Of a stretch of DNA of 64,000 bases, positions 1-16,465 are shown in pieces. Below the pieces are notes generated by a model. The model searched no databases. It was given only the letters and a program-made list of their open reading frames with translations, and was not told the origin of the DNA. The stretch lies in the NCBI RefSeq assembly GCF_009914755.1, contig NC_060928.1; one strand, 5' to 3'. Every line of letters starts with the position of its first letter. The first letter of the stretch is position 1. The DNA comes from the human T2T-CHM13v2.0 reference genome, Homo sapiens. A program made the position numbers and the translations under genes.

Positions 1-409
1 AAAGTACAGGTTGACTCCTTTGTTAGGGGCTAATACAGCTGGTGACTTTAAATTGAAGCCGATACTCATTTACCATTTGAGAAATCCTAGTGTCCCTAAG
101 AATTATGCTAAACTTACTGTGTTTGTCCTGTTTCCCATAGGTGCAACAACAAAGCCTGAATAACAGTACATCTGTTTACAATGTGACTTACTGAATATGT
201 TAAGCCTGCTGTTGGGAACTACTGTTCAGAAAAAAAAAGATTCTTTTCAAAATATTACTGCTTATGGACAATACACCTGGTCATTCAAGAGCTCTGATGA
301 AAACATATAAGGAGATTAATGTTGTTTTCACACCTGCTAACACAGCATCCATTCTGTAGCTCATGGATCAATGAATAATTTTGATTTTCTCATGTAATTA
401 TTTAATACA

Positions 410-1245
410 AGGACAGACACTTCTCAAAAGAAGACATTTATGTGGCCAACAAACATATGAAAAAAAGCTCAACATCACTGATCATTAGAGAAATGCAAAT
501 CAAAACCACAATGAGATACCATTTAACATCAGTCAGAATGGCAATTATTAAAAAGTCAAAAACCAACAGACACTGACGAGGCTGCAGAGAAAAAGGAACG
601 CTTTTGCACTATTGGTGGGAGTGTAAATTACTTCAGCCATTGTGGAAGACAGTGTGGTAAATCCTCAAAGATCTAGACGCAGAAATATCATTTGACTCAG
701 CAATCCCATCACTGGGTATATGCCCAAAGAAATATAAATCATTCTATTATAAAAATACATGCACACACATGTTAATTGCAGCACTATTCACAATAGCAAA
801 GACATGAAATCAACCCAAATGTCCATCAATGATAGACTGAATAAAGAAAATGTGGTACATATAAACCATGGAATACTATGCAGCCATAAAAATGAATAAG
901 ATCATGCCCTTTGCACGGATGGAGCTGGAAGATGTTATCCTCAGCAAACTAATGCAGGAACAGAAAACCAAACACCGCATGTTCTCACTTTTATGTGGGA
1001 GCTGAATGATGAGAACACATGGACACATCGGGGGGAACAACACACACTGGGGCTTGTCAAGGAGGTGGGGGAAGGGAGAACATCAGGAAAAATAGCTAAT
1101 GGATGCTGAGCTTAATACCTAGGTGATGGGTTGATCTGTGCAGCAAACCAACATGGCACACGTTTACCTATGTAACAAACCCACATATCCCGCACATATA
1201 CCATGGAACTTAAAAAAGTTGAGGGGAACAAAAGAAAAAAGAAAG
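410..1245 (+). mobile_element. 5'-truncated old primate L1 (about L1PA13-16): end of ORF2, 3'UTR and A-rich tail, inserted in Tigger1
   Basis: ORF2 C-terminal DNA (ACAGACACTTCTCAAAAGAAGACAT...GGAATACTATGCAGCCATAAAAA); 3'UTR with GGTTGATCTGTGCAGCAAACCA; A-rich tail at about 1228-1250. Confidence 0.88.
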
Positions 1246-1676
1246 AAATAAATTTCTTAATGTTATAGCTGCCATGAAAAGTGAGTCCTCTGATGGATCT
1301 GGGAAAAGTAAACTGAAAATCTTCTGGAAAGGATTCACCATTCTAGATCCAATTAAGAATGTTCATAATTCATGGGAGAAGGTCAAAATAACACTAATTG
1401 GAGTTTGGAAGATGTTGATTCCAACCCTTGTGAATGACTTTGAAGGGTTCAATAGTTTAGTGGAGGAAGGAACTGCAAATGTGGTAGAAATAACAAGAGA
1501 ACTAGAATTAGAAGTCGAGCCTGAATATGTGACTGAATATGTTACTGAGTTTGATCAATCTCATGATCAAACTACAATGGATGAGAAGTTTCTTCTTCTG
1601 GATGAGCAAGAAAATTGCCTTCTTGAGATGGAATCTACCTCTGGTGAAGATGCAGCAAACATTGTTGAAGTGACTA

Positions 1677-2212
<536 letters not shown>

Positions 2213-2573
2213 TCAGCCAGCAGCCATCCACACTGAGATCAGGCCCTCCATTAGCAAAAAGATTATGACTTGCTGAAGGCTCAGATGATCATCAGCATTT
2301 TTTTGGCAATCAAGTATTTTAAAAATTAAGGTGTGTACATTGTTTTTTTAGACATAATACTATTGCATATTTAATAGGCAACAATATAGTTTAAACACAA
2401 CTTTTAAATGCATTGGGAAACCAAAAACTTCTTGTGACTATATTTATTGCAGTCATCAGGAGCTGAACCTGCAATATGTTCAGTTCAATAGGTATGTTGT
2501 TTTGTATGATTGTTTGTGTGTGTATGTGAAGAATCTGTGTATTTATTGATTTATCACCTAAAACCTTCTTAAA

Positions 2574-3108
2574 ATTTTATCTATTGAGGGGGTACAAGAT
2601 TTCTTACATGCACATATTGCGTAGTGGTGAAGCCTGGGCTTTTAGTAAACCCATTACCTAGACAGTGAACATTGTGCCTAATAAGTAATTTTTCAACCCT
2701 CATGCCCCTGCCATCCTCCCACCTACTGAAGTTTCCAGTGTGTATTATTGCGCTGTATATGTCCATCTGTACGCATTGTTCAGCTCCCACTTATAAGTGA
2801 GAATATGTGGTATTTGACTTGCTGGGTTATTTCACTTAGGATAATGGCCTCCAGGTCTCTCCATGTTGCTTGCAAAATACATGATTCCATTCTTTTTTAT
2901 GCATGAGTAGTATTTCATGTTGCATATAAATTTTATATATATATCATTTCTTTATATATAACAAAAATGTATATAAATGCATAAATATGTTTGTGTGGGT
3001 GTATACACACATACACACACACCACATTTTCTTCCATTGATGGACACTTAGGTTGATTCCAAATCTTTGTGACTGTGAATAGTGCTGCAATAAACATAAG
3101 AGTGCAAG
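2574..3108 (-). mobile_element. L1PB-type 3' end fragment
   Basis: Reverse-strand L1PB 3'UTR (GGGGTACAAG...GTAGTGGTGAAG...CAGCTCCCACTTATAAGTGAGAA) continuing into the ORF2 end (GTGAATAGTGCTGCAATAAACAT). Confidence 0.8.
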
Positions 3109-3120
3109 TATATATTCTTT

Positions 3121-3350
3121 TATTTATATAAAATATCCAAAGAAGGGCAGATATGTAGAGACAGAAAGCAGATGAGTGGTTGCATAGTGGTGGAGAGTGT
3201 CAATGGGAGTGACTATATGCACATGAGATTTCTTTTGAAGCTGATGAAAATGTTCTATTATTAGTGTGCGGTAAGAGCTAGATAAATTATACACTTAAAA
3301 CACGTGAGCTTTATGGTATATAAATTTTATTGCAGTAAAGCTATTAAAAA
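3121..3350 (+). mobile_element. Ancient L1M (L1MB/L1ME-like) 3'UTR fragment
   Basis: TAGAGACAGAAAGCAGATGAGTGGTTGC...GATGAAAATGTTCTA...TTTATGGTATATAAATT...TAAAGCTATTAAAAA, typical of an L1M 3' end. Confidence 0.65.
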
Positions 3351-3859
3351 CAAATGGCATACACTATCATAAAGCTAATATTACTATGTTTATTGAAAAC
3401 CTATTATCTATAGACAACACATGACTCAGATTACAGAGGGAACAGGTCTTAAACATAGAAACTATGATTTAAGTGTATGCTGATCTCTAAATGACTGACA
3501 TTAGCTCCTTTTTTTGAGATGTTTCATGGGAGAAAATGTATAGAAAGCTAAGAGAGGTGGAAAGATGGAGACACAAAAGAAGAGGACAGGGTCAGGAGGC
3601 CCAAGTGTACCTAAATCACAAGAATGAGCCTGGTGATTCACCCTGCAATCCTTTGCCTTTAGAGACCCTCTTGGATAGGAATTAGGAAGCATCTCCAGAA
3701 GGGAAGGTGACAAAGACAATGTAATACGATGTAGGTTTTTTAGTGATTCTCTTTCAACTATTGTGTCTAGTATTTGGAAAACATTAGAAAAAAGTTTTAG
3801 CTATACATCATTATTTTATATGTTGTATTTGCTGATACAGAGATTCAAATCAGTTGGGT

Positions 3860-4190
3860 GACTGGTGATCAGTAGATGCTCAATAAATATTTGTCCAATA
3901 GAAGAATGAAAGAACAATTATGCTATCCATAAATTACAATATTAAATATCCATGAGCTATATAATTCAAGGGCAATGGGGCATTGGCTGTGAGAGAAAAT
4001 TGTGGAAGAAAAGCAGATTTGGGATAGGGTTAGAAGATAATGAGGCCAGCCTTGGACATAATGAACTTAAGCAGAGCTCGTCCCATTGACATAGAACCAT
4101 CTGGAATGCATCTCAATATATGGTTCTGGATTGAGGATATAAATTAGGAAGTTTTCAGCATAGCTGAAGTCATGGAAGTCTGTGACATAT
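3860..4190. mobile_element. L2 remnants
   Basis: L2 3' end CAGTAGATGCTCAATAAATATTTG at about 3870; reverse L2 body at about 4010-4190 (TTGGACATAATGAAC...AAATTAGGAAGTTTTCAGCATAG). Confidence 0.5.
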
Positions 4191-4714
4191 AAATCAATAA
4201 TGAATCAATTTATTTTAATTGATATACAAAATATTTCCATGTAATTAATTCTGTCTATAATTCTGTATTTTTTGGCTCTGATGGTAAATCTGAATAAGTC
4301 TATTAAAATCTTCAGACATTATACATTTTCTTTGAGAACAACAGTGGCTGTAAACAAAGCTGCCTTTGTTGGCTTATAAAGAACATTTGCTGTTCCCACA
4401 AATTACTTTTAATGATGCAAAAGTCCCTCTGTGACAGAGACTTGTTCTGTGGTTATGCATTTCCCTTTCTAATTTCACTTTGTTTCCTTTCTGGGGTATA
4501 CTCCTTTTGAGACACCCAGAGTCTGAAAAATGTGAGTCAAACCACAGATTGGCTGGTAGGAAAAAAAGAAAATAGTTCATTTCCCCTCTTATTAAATGTT
4601 TATTCTTGTTATATATAAACTCACTTGCTCTTGCTATGTGGCATTACAATATTAGTTTTACTGGTAGGGCTTTTAAAATACTATCAATCAAATGGGGTGA
4701 TAGATATATTATGG

Positions 4715-4888
4715 GGAACAGAACCCTGATTTGGAGTTAAAAGAACTTTTATTTAAATAACAGCTTTTCCATTTACCAACTTTGTGATCTTGGGTAAACT
4801 GTAAGGTTTCTCTGAGATTCAGTTTCTTGATCCATCAAAGTTAAGTAAATTTATGTTTCTAGTAGGTTTTTCATGATAATTACATGAC
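4715..4888 (+). mobile_element. MIR SINE
   Basis: MIR core: TTTACCAACTTTGTGATCTTGGGTAAA...TCTCTGAGATTCAGTTTCTTGATC. Confidence 0.7.
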
Positions 4889-4889
4889 A

Positions 4890-4990
4890 TTATATATATA
4901 ACATATATAATATATAATATAAAATATATATAATATATAATATACATATAATATATATAATATATAAGATATATATATTTTATATATATA
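4890..4990. repeat. (TA)n/(TAATA)n low-complexity tract
   Basis: About 100 bp almost entirely of A/T alternations. Confidence 0.9.
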
Positions 4991-5399
4991 TCTCCAATAT
5001 CTAAATAGACTGGTTGCTGACTTTATCATTAGTTGATGGTTGACAGAATTATATACATTTATTTTAATTATATCATTATTTTTCATATCTAATAAAAACT
5101 TAAATCAGTGGAGACTTTATTCAAATATACTTCCCATAAAATTCAATGTAGCGAAGTTTTTGGAGCATTTTTTACTTTATTTTATTTTATTATTATTATA
5201 CTTTAAGTTTTAGGGTACATGTGCACAATGTGCAGGTTAGTTACATACGTATACATGTGCCATGCTAGTGTGCTGCACCAATTAACTCTTCATTTAGCAT
5301 TAGGTATATCTCCTAATGCTATCCCTCCCCCCTCCCCCCACCACACAACAGGCCCCAGAGTGTGATGTTCCCCTTCCTGTGTCCATGTGTTCTCATTGT

Positions 5400-9238
<3,839 letters not shown>

Positions 9239-9301
9239 TAAGATGTTAGCTGGTTATTTTGCTCATTAGTTGATGCAGTTTCTTCCTAGCCTCGACGGTC
9301 T

Positions 9302-10316
9302 TTACAATTTGGCATGATGTTGCAGTGGCTGGTACCAGTTGATCCTTTCCATGTTTAGTGCTTCCTTCAGGAGCTCTTTTAGGGCAGGCCTGGTGGTGAC
9401 AAAATCTCTCAGCATTTGCTTGTCTGTAAAGTATTTTATTTCTCCTTCACTTATGAAGCTTAGTTTGGCTGGATATGAAATTCTGGGTTAAAAATTCTCT
9501 CCTTTAAAAATGTTGAATGTTGCCCCCCACTCTCTTCTGGCTTGTAGAGTTTCTGCCGAGAAATCTGCTGTTAGTCTGATGGGCTTCCCTTTGTGGGTAA
9601 CCCGACCCTTTCTCTCTGGCTGCCCTTAACATTTTTTCCTTCATTTCAACTTCAGTGAATCTGACAATTATGTGTCTTGGAGTTGCTCTTCTTGAGGAGT
9701 ATCTTTGTGGCGTTCTCTGTATTTCCTGTATCTGAATATTGGCCTGCCTTGCTAGATTTGGGAAGTTCTCCTGGATAATATCCTGCAGAGTGTTTTCCAA
9801 CTTGGTTCCATTCTCCCCGTCACTTTCAGGTACACCAATCAGACGTAGATTTGGTCTTTTCACGTAGTCCCATATTTCTTGGAGGCTTTGCTCGTTTCTT
9901 TTTATTTTTTCTCTAAACTTCCCTTCTCGCTTCATTTCATTCATTTCATCTTCCATCACTGATACCCTTTCTTCCAGTTGATCGCATCGGCTCCTGAGGC
10001 TTCTGCATTCTTCACGTAGTTCTCGAGCCTTGGCTTTCACCTCCATCAGCTCCTTTAAGCACTTCTGTGTATTGGTTATTCTAGTTATACATTCGTCTAA
10101 ATTTTTTTCAAAGTTTTTAACTTCTTTGCCTTTGGTTTGAATTTCCTCCTGTAGCTCGGAGTAGTTTGATCATCTGAAGCCATCTTCTCTCAACTTATCA
10201 AAGTCATTCTCCATCCAGCTTTGTTCCATTGCTGGTGAGGAACTGCGTTCCTTTGGAGGAGGAGAGGCACTCTGCTTTTTAGAGTTTCCAGTTCTTCTGC
10301 TCTGTTTTTTCCCCAT
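9302..10316 (-). pseudogene. ORF1: Disrupted L1 ORF1
   Basis: ATGGGGAAAAAACAG start at 10316; CGA>TGA stop at codon 49 (10170-10172); later frameshift near REKG (ORF 9504-10046 goes out of frame); TAA at 9302-9304. Confidence 0.93.
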
Positions 10317-11352
10317 CTTTGTGGTTTTATCTACTTTTGGTCTTTGATGATGGTGATGTACAGATGGGTTTTTGGTGTGGATGTCCTTTCTGTTTGTTGG
10401 TTTTCCTTCTGACAGACAGGACCCTCAGCTGCAGGTCTGTTGGAGTTTTCTAGAGGTCCACTCCAGACCCTGTTTGCCTGGGTAACAGCAGTGGTGGCTG
10501 CAGAACAGCGGATTTTCGTGAACCACGAATGCTGCTGTCTGATCATTCCTCTGGAAGTTTTGTCTCAGAGGAGTACCCAGCCGTGTGAGGTGTCAGTCTG
10601 CCCCTACTGGGGGGTGCCTCCCAGTTAGGCTGCTCGGGGGTCAGGGGTCAGGGACCCACTTGAGGAGGCAGTCTGCCCGTTCTCAGATCTCCAGCTGCGT
10701 GCTGGGAGAACCACTGCTCTCTTCAAAGCTGTCAGACAGGGACATTTAAGTCTGCAGAGGTTACTGCTGTCTTTTTGTTTGTCTGTGCCCTGCCCCCAGA
10801 GGTGGAGCCTACAGAGGCAGGCAGGCCTCCTTGAGCTGTGGTGGGCTCCACCCAGTTCGAGCTTCCCGGCTGCTTTGTTTACCTAAGCAAGCCTAGGCAA
10901 TGGCAGGCGCCCCTCCCCCAGCCTCGCTGCTGCCTTGCAGTTTGATCTCAGACTGCTGTGCTAGCAATCAGTGAGACTCCTTGGGTGTAGGACCCTCTGA
11001 GCCAGGTGCGGGATATAATCTCCTGGTGTGCCGTTTTTTAAGCCCGTCAGAAAAGCACAGTATTAGGGTGGGAGTGACCCGATTTTCCAGGTGCCGTCTG
11101 TCACCCCTTTCTTTGACTAGGAAAGGGAATTCCCTGACCCCTTGCGCTTCCCGAGTGAGGCAATGCCTGGCCCTGCTTTGGCTCGCGCATGGTGCGCTGC
11201 ACCCACTGTCCTGCACCCACTGTCTGGCACTCCCTAGTGAGACGAACCTGGTACCTCAGATGGAAATGCAGAAATCACCCGTCTTCTGCATGACTCACGC
11301 TGGGAGCTGTAGACCGGAGCTGTTCCTATTTGGCCATCTTGGCTGCCCTCCC
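10317..11352 (-). promoter_or_regulatory. L1PA3 5'UTR internal promoter: sense promoter reads leftward, antisense promoter reads rightward
   Basis: YY1 site (GGCCATCTTG at 11332-11341 on +), partly CpG-decayed UTR; ORF0 ATG at 10900 truncated by TGA after 24 codons. L1 sense/antisense promoter architecture is established knowledge. Confidence 0.8.
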
Positions 11353-12173
11353 GTATATGGAGCATTTTGAAATATAATTTTTCCTACCATATTCTTTGTG
11401 TATTTCCTCTAATTTTCCCTTCTTTTGATCTTAGATGCTTTTAGAAAGTCTCTCTTTGCTTACTTGAAACTACTCTTTCCTAAAGTAAGAAAGAACTTAA
11501 ATTTTCAAAGAAAAAAATGTATATATAAGGTAAATAGATATTATTGTTCATACTCCTATATTATTATTTGAAATACACAAATTTGTTGTTAGGGATGACA
11601 CCAAGCCTTCTGAACCCTCATCAGGTCTTCTAGAACAATTGCCTGCTCTACTATTAACTATGTTGCTTGAGATCAAATATTTAACCCTTTGGTGCCATCT
11701 CTAAAGTAATCAGATTAGAAATTAGATCTCCAGCAGTTTATAAGTTGTTGCACTTTTTTGAGGATTTTAGATTTAGGACTTTCATTTTAATGATACAAAA
11801 TAAACAATTAAAAGCATACTCTGCATTGTTAGGATGACCACTTGAGTATGACCTCTGATTTCAATGTTTATGATCATGTAGGTGGGTTTACTTCACTTGC
11901 TAGAGGCTAATGAGGAAAGAAAAAAACAGACACATATAAATGAAGCTTCCACAGCAAGGAGGGCCAAATGGTGCTGTGGCTCACTAGACCAATGAGGGTT
12001 TTGCAGAAACTTAAAAGAAAAATACTGAGAGAATTAAGTTAACACATAATCTATGGGAGTCATCGTGTCAAACTTGTGCTTACTCTTAGCAGTTAGTGCT
12101 ATAGTATTCTATTACATTAGTGCCAGTTATTTCAGACTTCTCTGGCTTTTTAATTTTGTTTATATTTCATTTG

Positions 12174-12543
12174 TGCTATAAATGGAATGTTTGTATTCCT
12201 CCAACGTTTTTGTTGTTGTTGTGTGTTTGTTTGTTTTTTGTTAAAACCTAATCCCTAATTTGATGGCATTAGGAGGTGAGGGTCTTTGAGAGGCAATTAG
12301 GTCATGGAATAAGTACCCTTATACAGGAAATGTGAGAGCTCTCTCTCTCCTTCCACCATGTGAGGACACAACAAAAAGTTGGTTGCCTGTGGATCATGAC
12401 GCAGGCCCTTACCAGACCCTGAATCTTCGAGTGTCTCAATATTGGACTTCCTACAGACCAGAACCGTGAGAAATACATTTCTGTTGTTTATAAGCCACTC
12501 AGTCTATGCCATTTTGTTATTACAACCCTAACAGCCAAGGACA
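12174..12543 (+). mobile_element. MLT1A-type MaLR solo LTR
   Basis: TGCTAT...GAATGTTTGT; CCACCATGTGAGGACACA; GTGAGAAATACATTTCTGTTGTTTATAAGCCACTCAGTCTATG; ends in ACA. Confidence 0.8.
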
Positions 12544-13624
12544 TTTATAAATAAGTTTTAGGCTTCTTGGTTGTTAAAGATCTGTAAACATAGAGTGTTT
12601 TATGTTTTCTCTCTATACAAATTTAAATAGAATTTTAATGAGTACAATTTTATATTTTATATTCTAGAGAACGTTTTCCTTTGAAAAGAGGTCTGTGCTT
12701 CATTGAAGTTTGAGAAATATTGAATAAAATCTTGATTTATTAATCAGTTCTGTTTTTCATTCCCAGCATTTCATTATCCCTGGATGTTTCCCTGCTTTCA
12801 ACAGTCGCCAAGGAAGAGAGAACATAGGAGAAAGAGAGAACGAAAGAATTGATCCTTGGCTTTGAGTTTCAAATGGCACAGGCTCTGACGCGACAAAAGA
12901 TTAAGCAGAAAATATTATCAGGGAAATGTTTATCTGCACTTTACCCTTATCCTCAGACATGGTCAAGATTCCACAGGACTAAATTCAAAAGTAGGAAGTA
13001 AGGGAGCAATAGAAATCCCAAACAGATTTAGAGAGTCAGGTATAGGAAGAATGTGGCAACCATCTCCAAGTAAAACCCAGGAAGTAGGCAATCCTTTGAA
13101 GTCCTTCTCATCTAGAACAGGTAGGAACAGAAAAAGTCTCCTGCCTGAGGTTGCAGGCAGACTGGCCTGCCTCAGTCTCTCAGTTTCCCAAACTCAGCGT
13201 GGCACTAGAAAAATTCAGTGATGCCCCAAAGAGGCTCTAAGGATAGGTTTATTACAGCCCATCATGGGATCAGGAGTAGCAGAATGCTTCCTGTGGACGC
13301 TGCCTTGGAGTAGGGGTCAGGGGTGGCTCAGAGTGCTGCCGACCAGAAGAGTTATTGCAGGCAGGAATGAACAGGACAGGGTGGAGACAGTGCGGAGAAA
13401 TGATGGAGACCCAGACATGACCCACGTCATGCCCACCCATGTCCATATAGTCCTGCCAGGTCCTGGCACTACATAAGCTGCATGGAGAAGGGAAAAGAGG
13501 AACATGCTAATCCAGTGGAATCAGGCTTCTGATACCTAGTGCAATGATAGAGCAAAACAGAAATGAGGTTTACTTGCATAAAAATAACATCAAAACAAAC
13601 AACAACAAATCTATCCTTTCTCTG

Positions 13625-13672
<48 letters not shown>

Positions 13673-13694
13673 ATCTATATCATCTATCTATCTA
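13625..13694. repeat. (TCTA)n tetranucleotide microsatellite, compound
   Basis: About 11 uninterrupted TCTA units followed by TCA-interrupted units. Confidence 0.95.
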
Positions 13695-15054
13695 CCTGAA
13701 GTTGTAGTGGGTGAGAATCATTAGGACTCTAAGATCATAGTCAAGTTTAAGATAATGTCTATCCTTAAGAATGGAACTTGAAAGGTTAGCATGTACTAGG
13801 AAAAATGCAGCAACTTGAGGAACCCAAAGATCAATATTTTTAAGGATCTATCTTCAGGATCTATCTAGCTCTAACCATTTCTGAAATTTCTGCAGCGTTG
13901 GACTTTTGGGTCTTGATGTTGATAATACCAAGCAATCATCATGATCGAGTCCTACTGTAGAAGCAAAGTGGAGCCCACTTGTCCACTGATCCCCACTTTG
14001 TATGCGGATGGAGTTTGGGCCAAAAATCGGAGGTCCAGACCTCTGATGTCTTCCGAGTAAAGCTAAGCTTTTGTGCCATTTTGGAGATAGTAACATGCAA
14101 AGATGGGCTGCCAGCCACAATAAGATGAAAATAACGAGAAATAGATTTTGTGTACAATCAAGAAGTCTCCAAGTAGAGTGTCAATGCTGTGATTCTTGAT
14201 ACTGACTGTCTACTGGTAAATGGTTCCTGGGTCACTTATATTTGAATCAGGGCCACCTGGCTCTTGGGCAGATGAGTTGTGGCACTAAACTTCAGAAAGC
14301 TGATCCACTGCTCAGTCATCTGGGAAAACTGAGGCAGCCTACCAGGCCCCTAAATATAATCTGTAGTGTATTTGTCTTAAATTGATTAGAAAAACAGAAA
14401 ATGGAAGGTTGTTTCCATACTCATCTGGCTTCTAGGATTGATATAACTATTTTTCCCTTTTTTTTTTCTCCAATAGCCAGGGAGGAAAAATCCAGTCTCA
14501 TCCCACTGATATTAAGATAGCCAACCTTCTAGTGTTTTAGAGATCAGATTGTATTCGCTTTCTAGTTTTTCTAAGATTGTAAACCCTTAGTAGAAAGTCT
14601 TCTACACCTGATGTTTTTCTATACACAATGTCAATACTTAGTACATAAATATAAGATTTTTGATACATTTGACAATTCCTATTCTGCTGAGTCCAAATTT
14701 CCGGGAATGTCTGATAATGTACAGAGAAGCTACAATTACAGCAGGGAGATGAGGCTTGATGACTACCCAAGGGTACGAGAAGCTTTGCAGAAGGCAATGG
14801 AACAATCTAGTTTGGGGCAGGACTGCCAAGAAACAAGTTCTTTCAAAAGTAACAAAGAAAATCTCATCAAATTGGATTTCACACAGACATAAGGCTGTAA
14901 TTCAGCTGAGGCAAACAGCAGGGAAAATCATTTTCTTGTCCACTTCAAGTAACAAAATGATTCCCCTCCTGTCACTTCTGAGTTGATTTTGTTCTTTTGC
15001 CTTCGAAAGCTGAATGAAATATAAAGGAGAGGTTGTGCATCTATCTATAAGTTT

Positions 15055-15079
15055 AAAAAAAAAAAAAAAAAAAAAAAAA
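15055..15079. repeat. Poly(A)25 tract
   Basis: 25 consecutive A with no adjacent Alu or L1 body. Confidence 0.95.
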
Positions 15080-16219
15080 GGAAAGCTATACTCAGTGGGA
15101 AAAATGGAAAGAAACAGTTGAGTTAGTATCTCTGGGACTTAATCTAGAATAAGGATTCCAAAAATCACAATTTGGTCTGCTGTTGGGGGAGAGATTGTTC
15201 CCCATGTCTTCCTTAAGCACCAAAAACAATTACACAGCTCCAGCCCATGTGCAAGCATTAGCAACTATTCTGGGATTGAATCCAAATTTGAGCATGTGTA
15301 ATAGATGAGGATTTTCCACAATGTGGAATATTTGAACAGATAACATCAGAACTAACAGTTAATTTATTTTTTAAGTAAAGAAGAAACAAACCATAAAAAC
15401 ACAAGGCGTTTCTTGCTAAGGTTCAGAGACATATTCAGTGAAATACGCAAATACCTTAACAAGAAATAGGTGACATTTGACTTAACTCTAATACACCATA
15501 ATTAGTTTCTTTCTCCATCAAAAATCAAAGTTAGTGTATTTTGATCTAAAGCTAGAATTGAGATTTCTCTGCTTTTTCTTTTGGCTGGTCATATGAATCA
15601 TGCTTAAAATGGGAAAGCCAGAGGGTTTGATGTGGTCCAGACCTATCCGTAGCCTGTTTCCTATCCCTGATTCAGTCTTATCAGAGCTGTCCCATAATCT
15701 GTACAACTACCCATACAGCTTCAGAATATGATAAAGAAAATAGACAGAGGTTCTTACATACAGAAATAAGGCCTCCTCTTTTGTCTCTCCCTGCAGAGAT
15801 TCTACAAATCTTTGAGCCAAGGAGATTATCAAAATGACTCACTTTTAAACAAACAAACAAACATAGCTCACCAGTGTTTTTTAGAATGCAAGAAAAAACA
15901 CAAATTGGAACCAAGAAAAATCTGTTAATTGCTTAGATTCTTTATTTCCCTTTTATGTTTACTGCCACTAATTAGTCTGGATTATCCAGGGGCCTAAATA
16001 AAATAGTACGATCTAAAAATGCATGTGTTGCTTTTAGTAAGAATATCTTCACTTTTTTCTTAAAAGTGAAGTAAGACTATCTTCACTTTTCTTAAACCCA
16101 TTCTATTAAAAAAGAATAAAAAAATAAAAAATAAAACAAAAAACTTTACTACATTCTCATCTGGGTCATGATCAGTGCTGAAATACTAACCACAATAGAT
16201 TCTAACTTTGAAATTTTGA

Positions 16220-16465
16220 CAATAGTTATCATACTCCGAGTGTTTACTATGTACCCAAATACCAATACTAAATATTCACTACTCAGTACTTTATTATAAC
16301 CACATCACAATACTTTGAAACACAGAATCATTAAATACCATCATTTTCCGATGAAAAAACTCAGGTGTAGGAAGGTTAAGGAATTTGCTCAAAGTTATAC
16401 AGCTAGTAAGTTGCAGAGACATGACTTGAACCCAAATCTCTTCGACTCTAAATTCAGAGCTGTTG
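16220..16465 (-). mobile_element. MIR SINE
   Basis: CATTTTCCGATGAAAAAACTCAGGTGTAGGAAGGTTAAGGAATTTGCTCAAAG...TGAACCCAAATCT. Confidence 0.75.

Noticed and set aside
10900-11370. ORF0 of the L1PA3 and the 129-aa ORF at 10981-11370
   Set aside because: ORF0 stops after 24 codons (CGA>TGA); the longer ORF begins at a TTG after that stop and is only 5'UTR sequence.
13854-14157. Overlapping minus-strand ORFs as exons of a unitary pseudogene
   Set aside because: No protein family recognised in any frame and no convincing paired splice sites.
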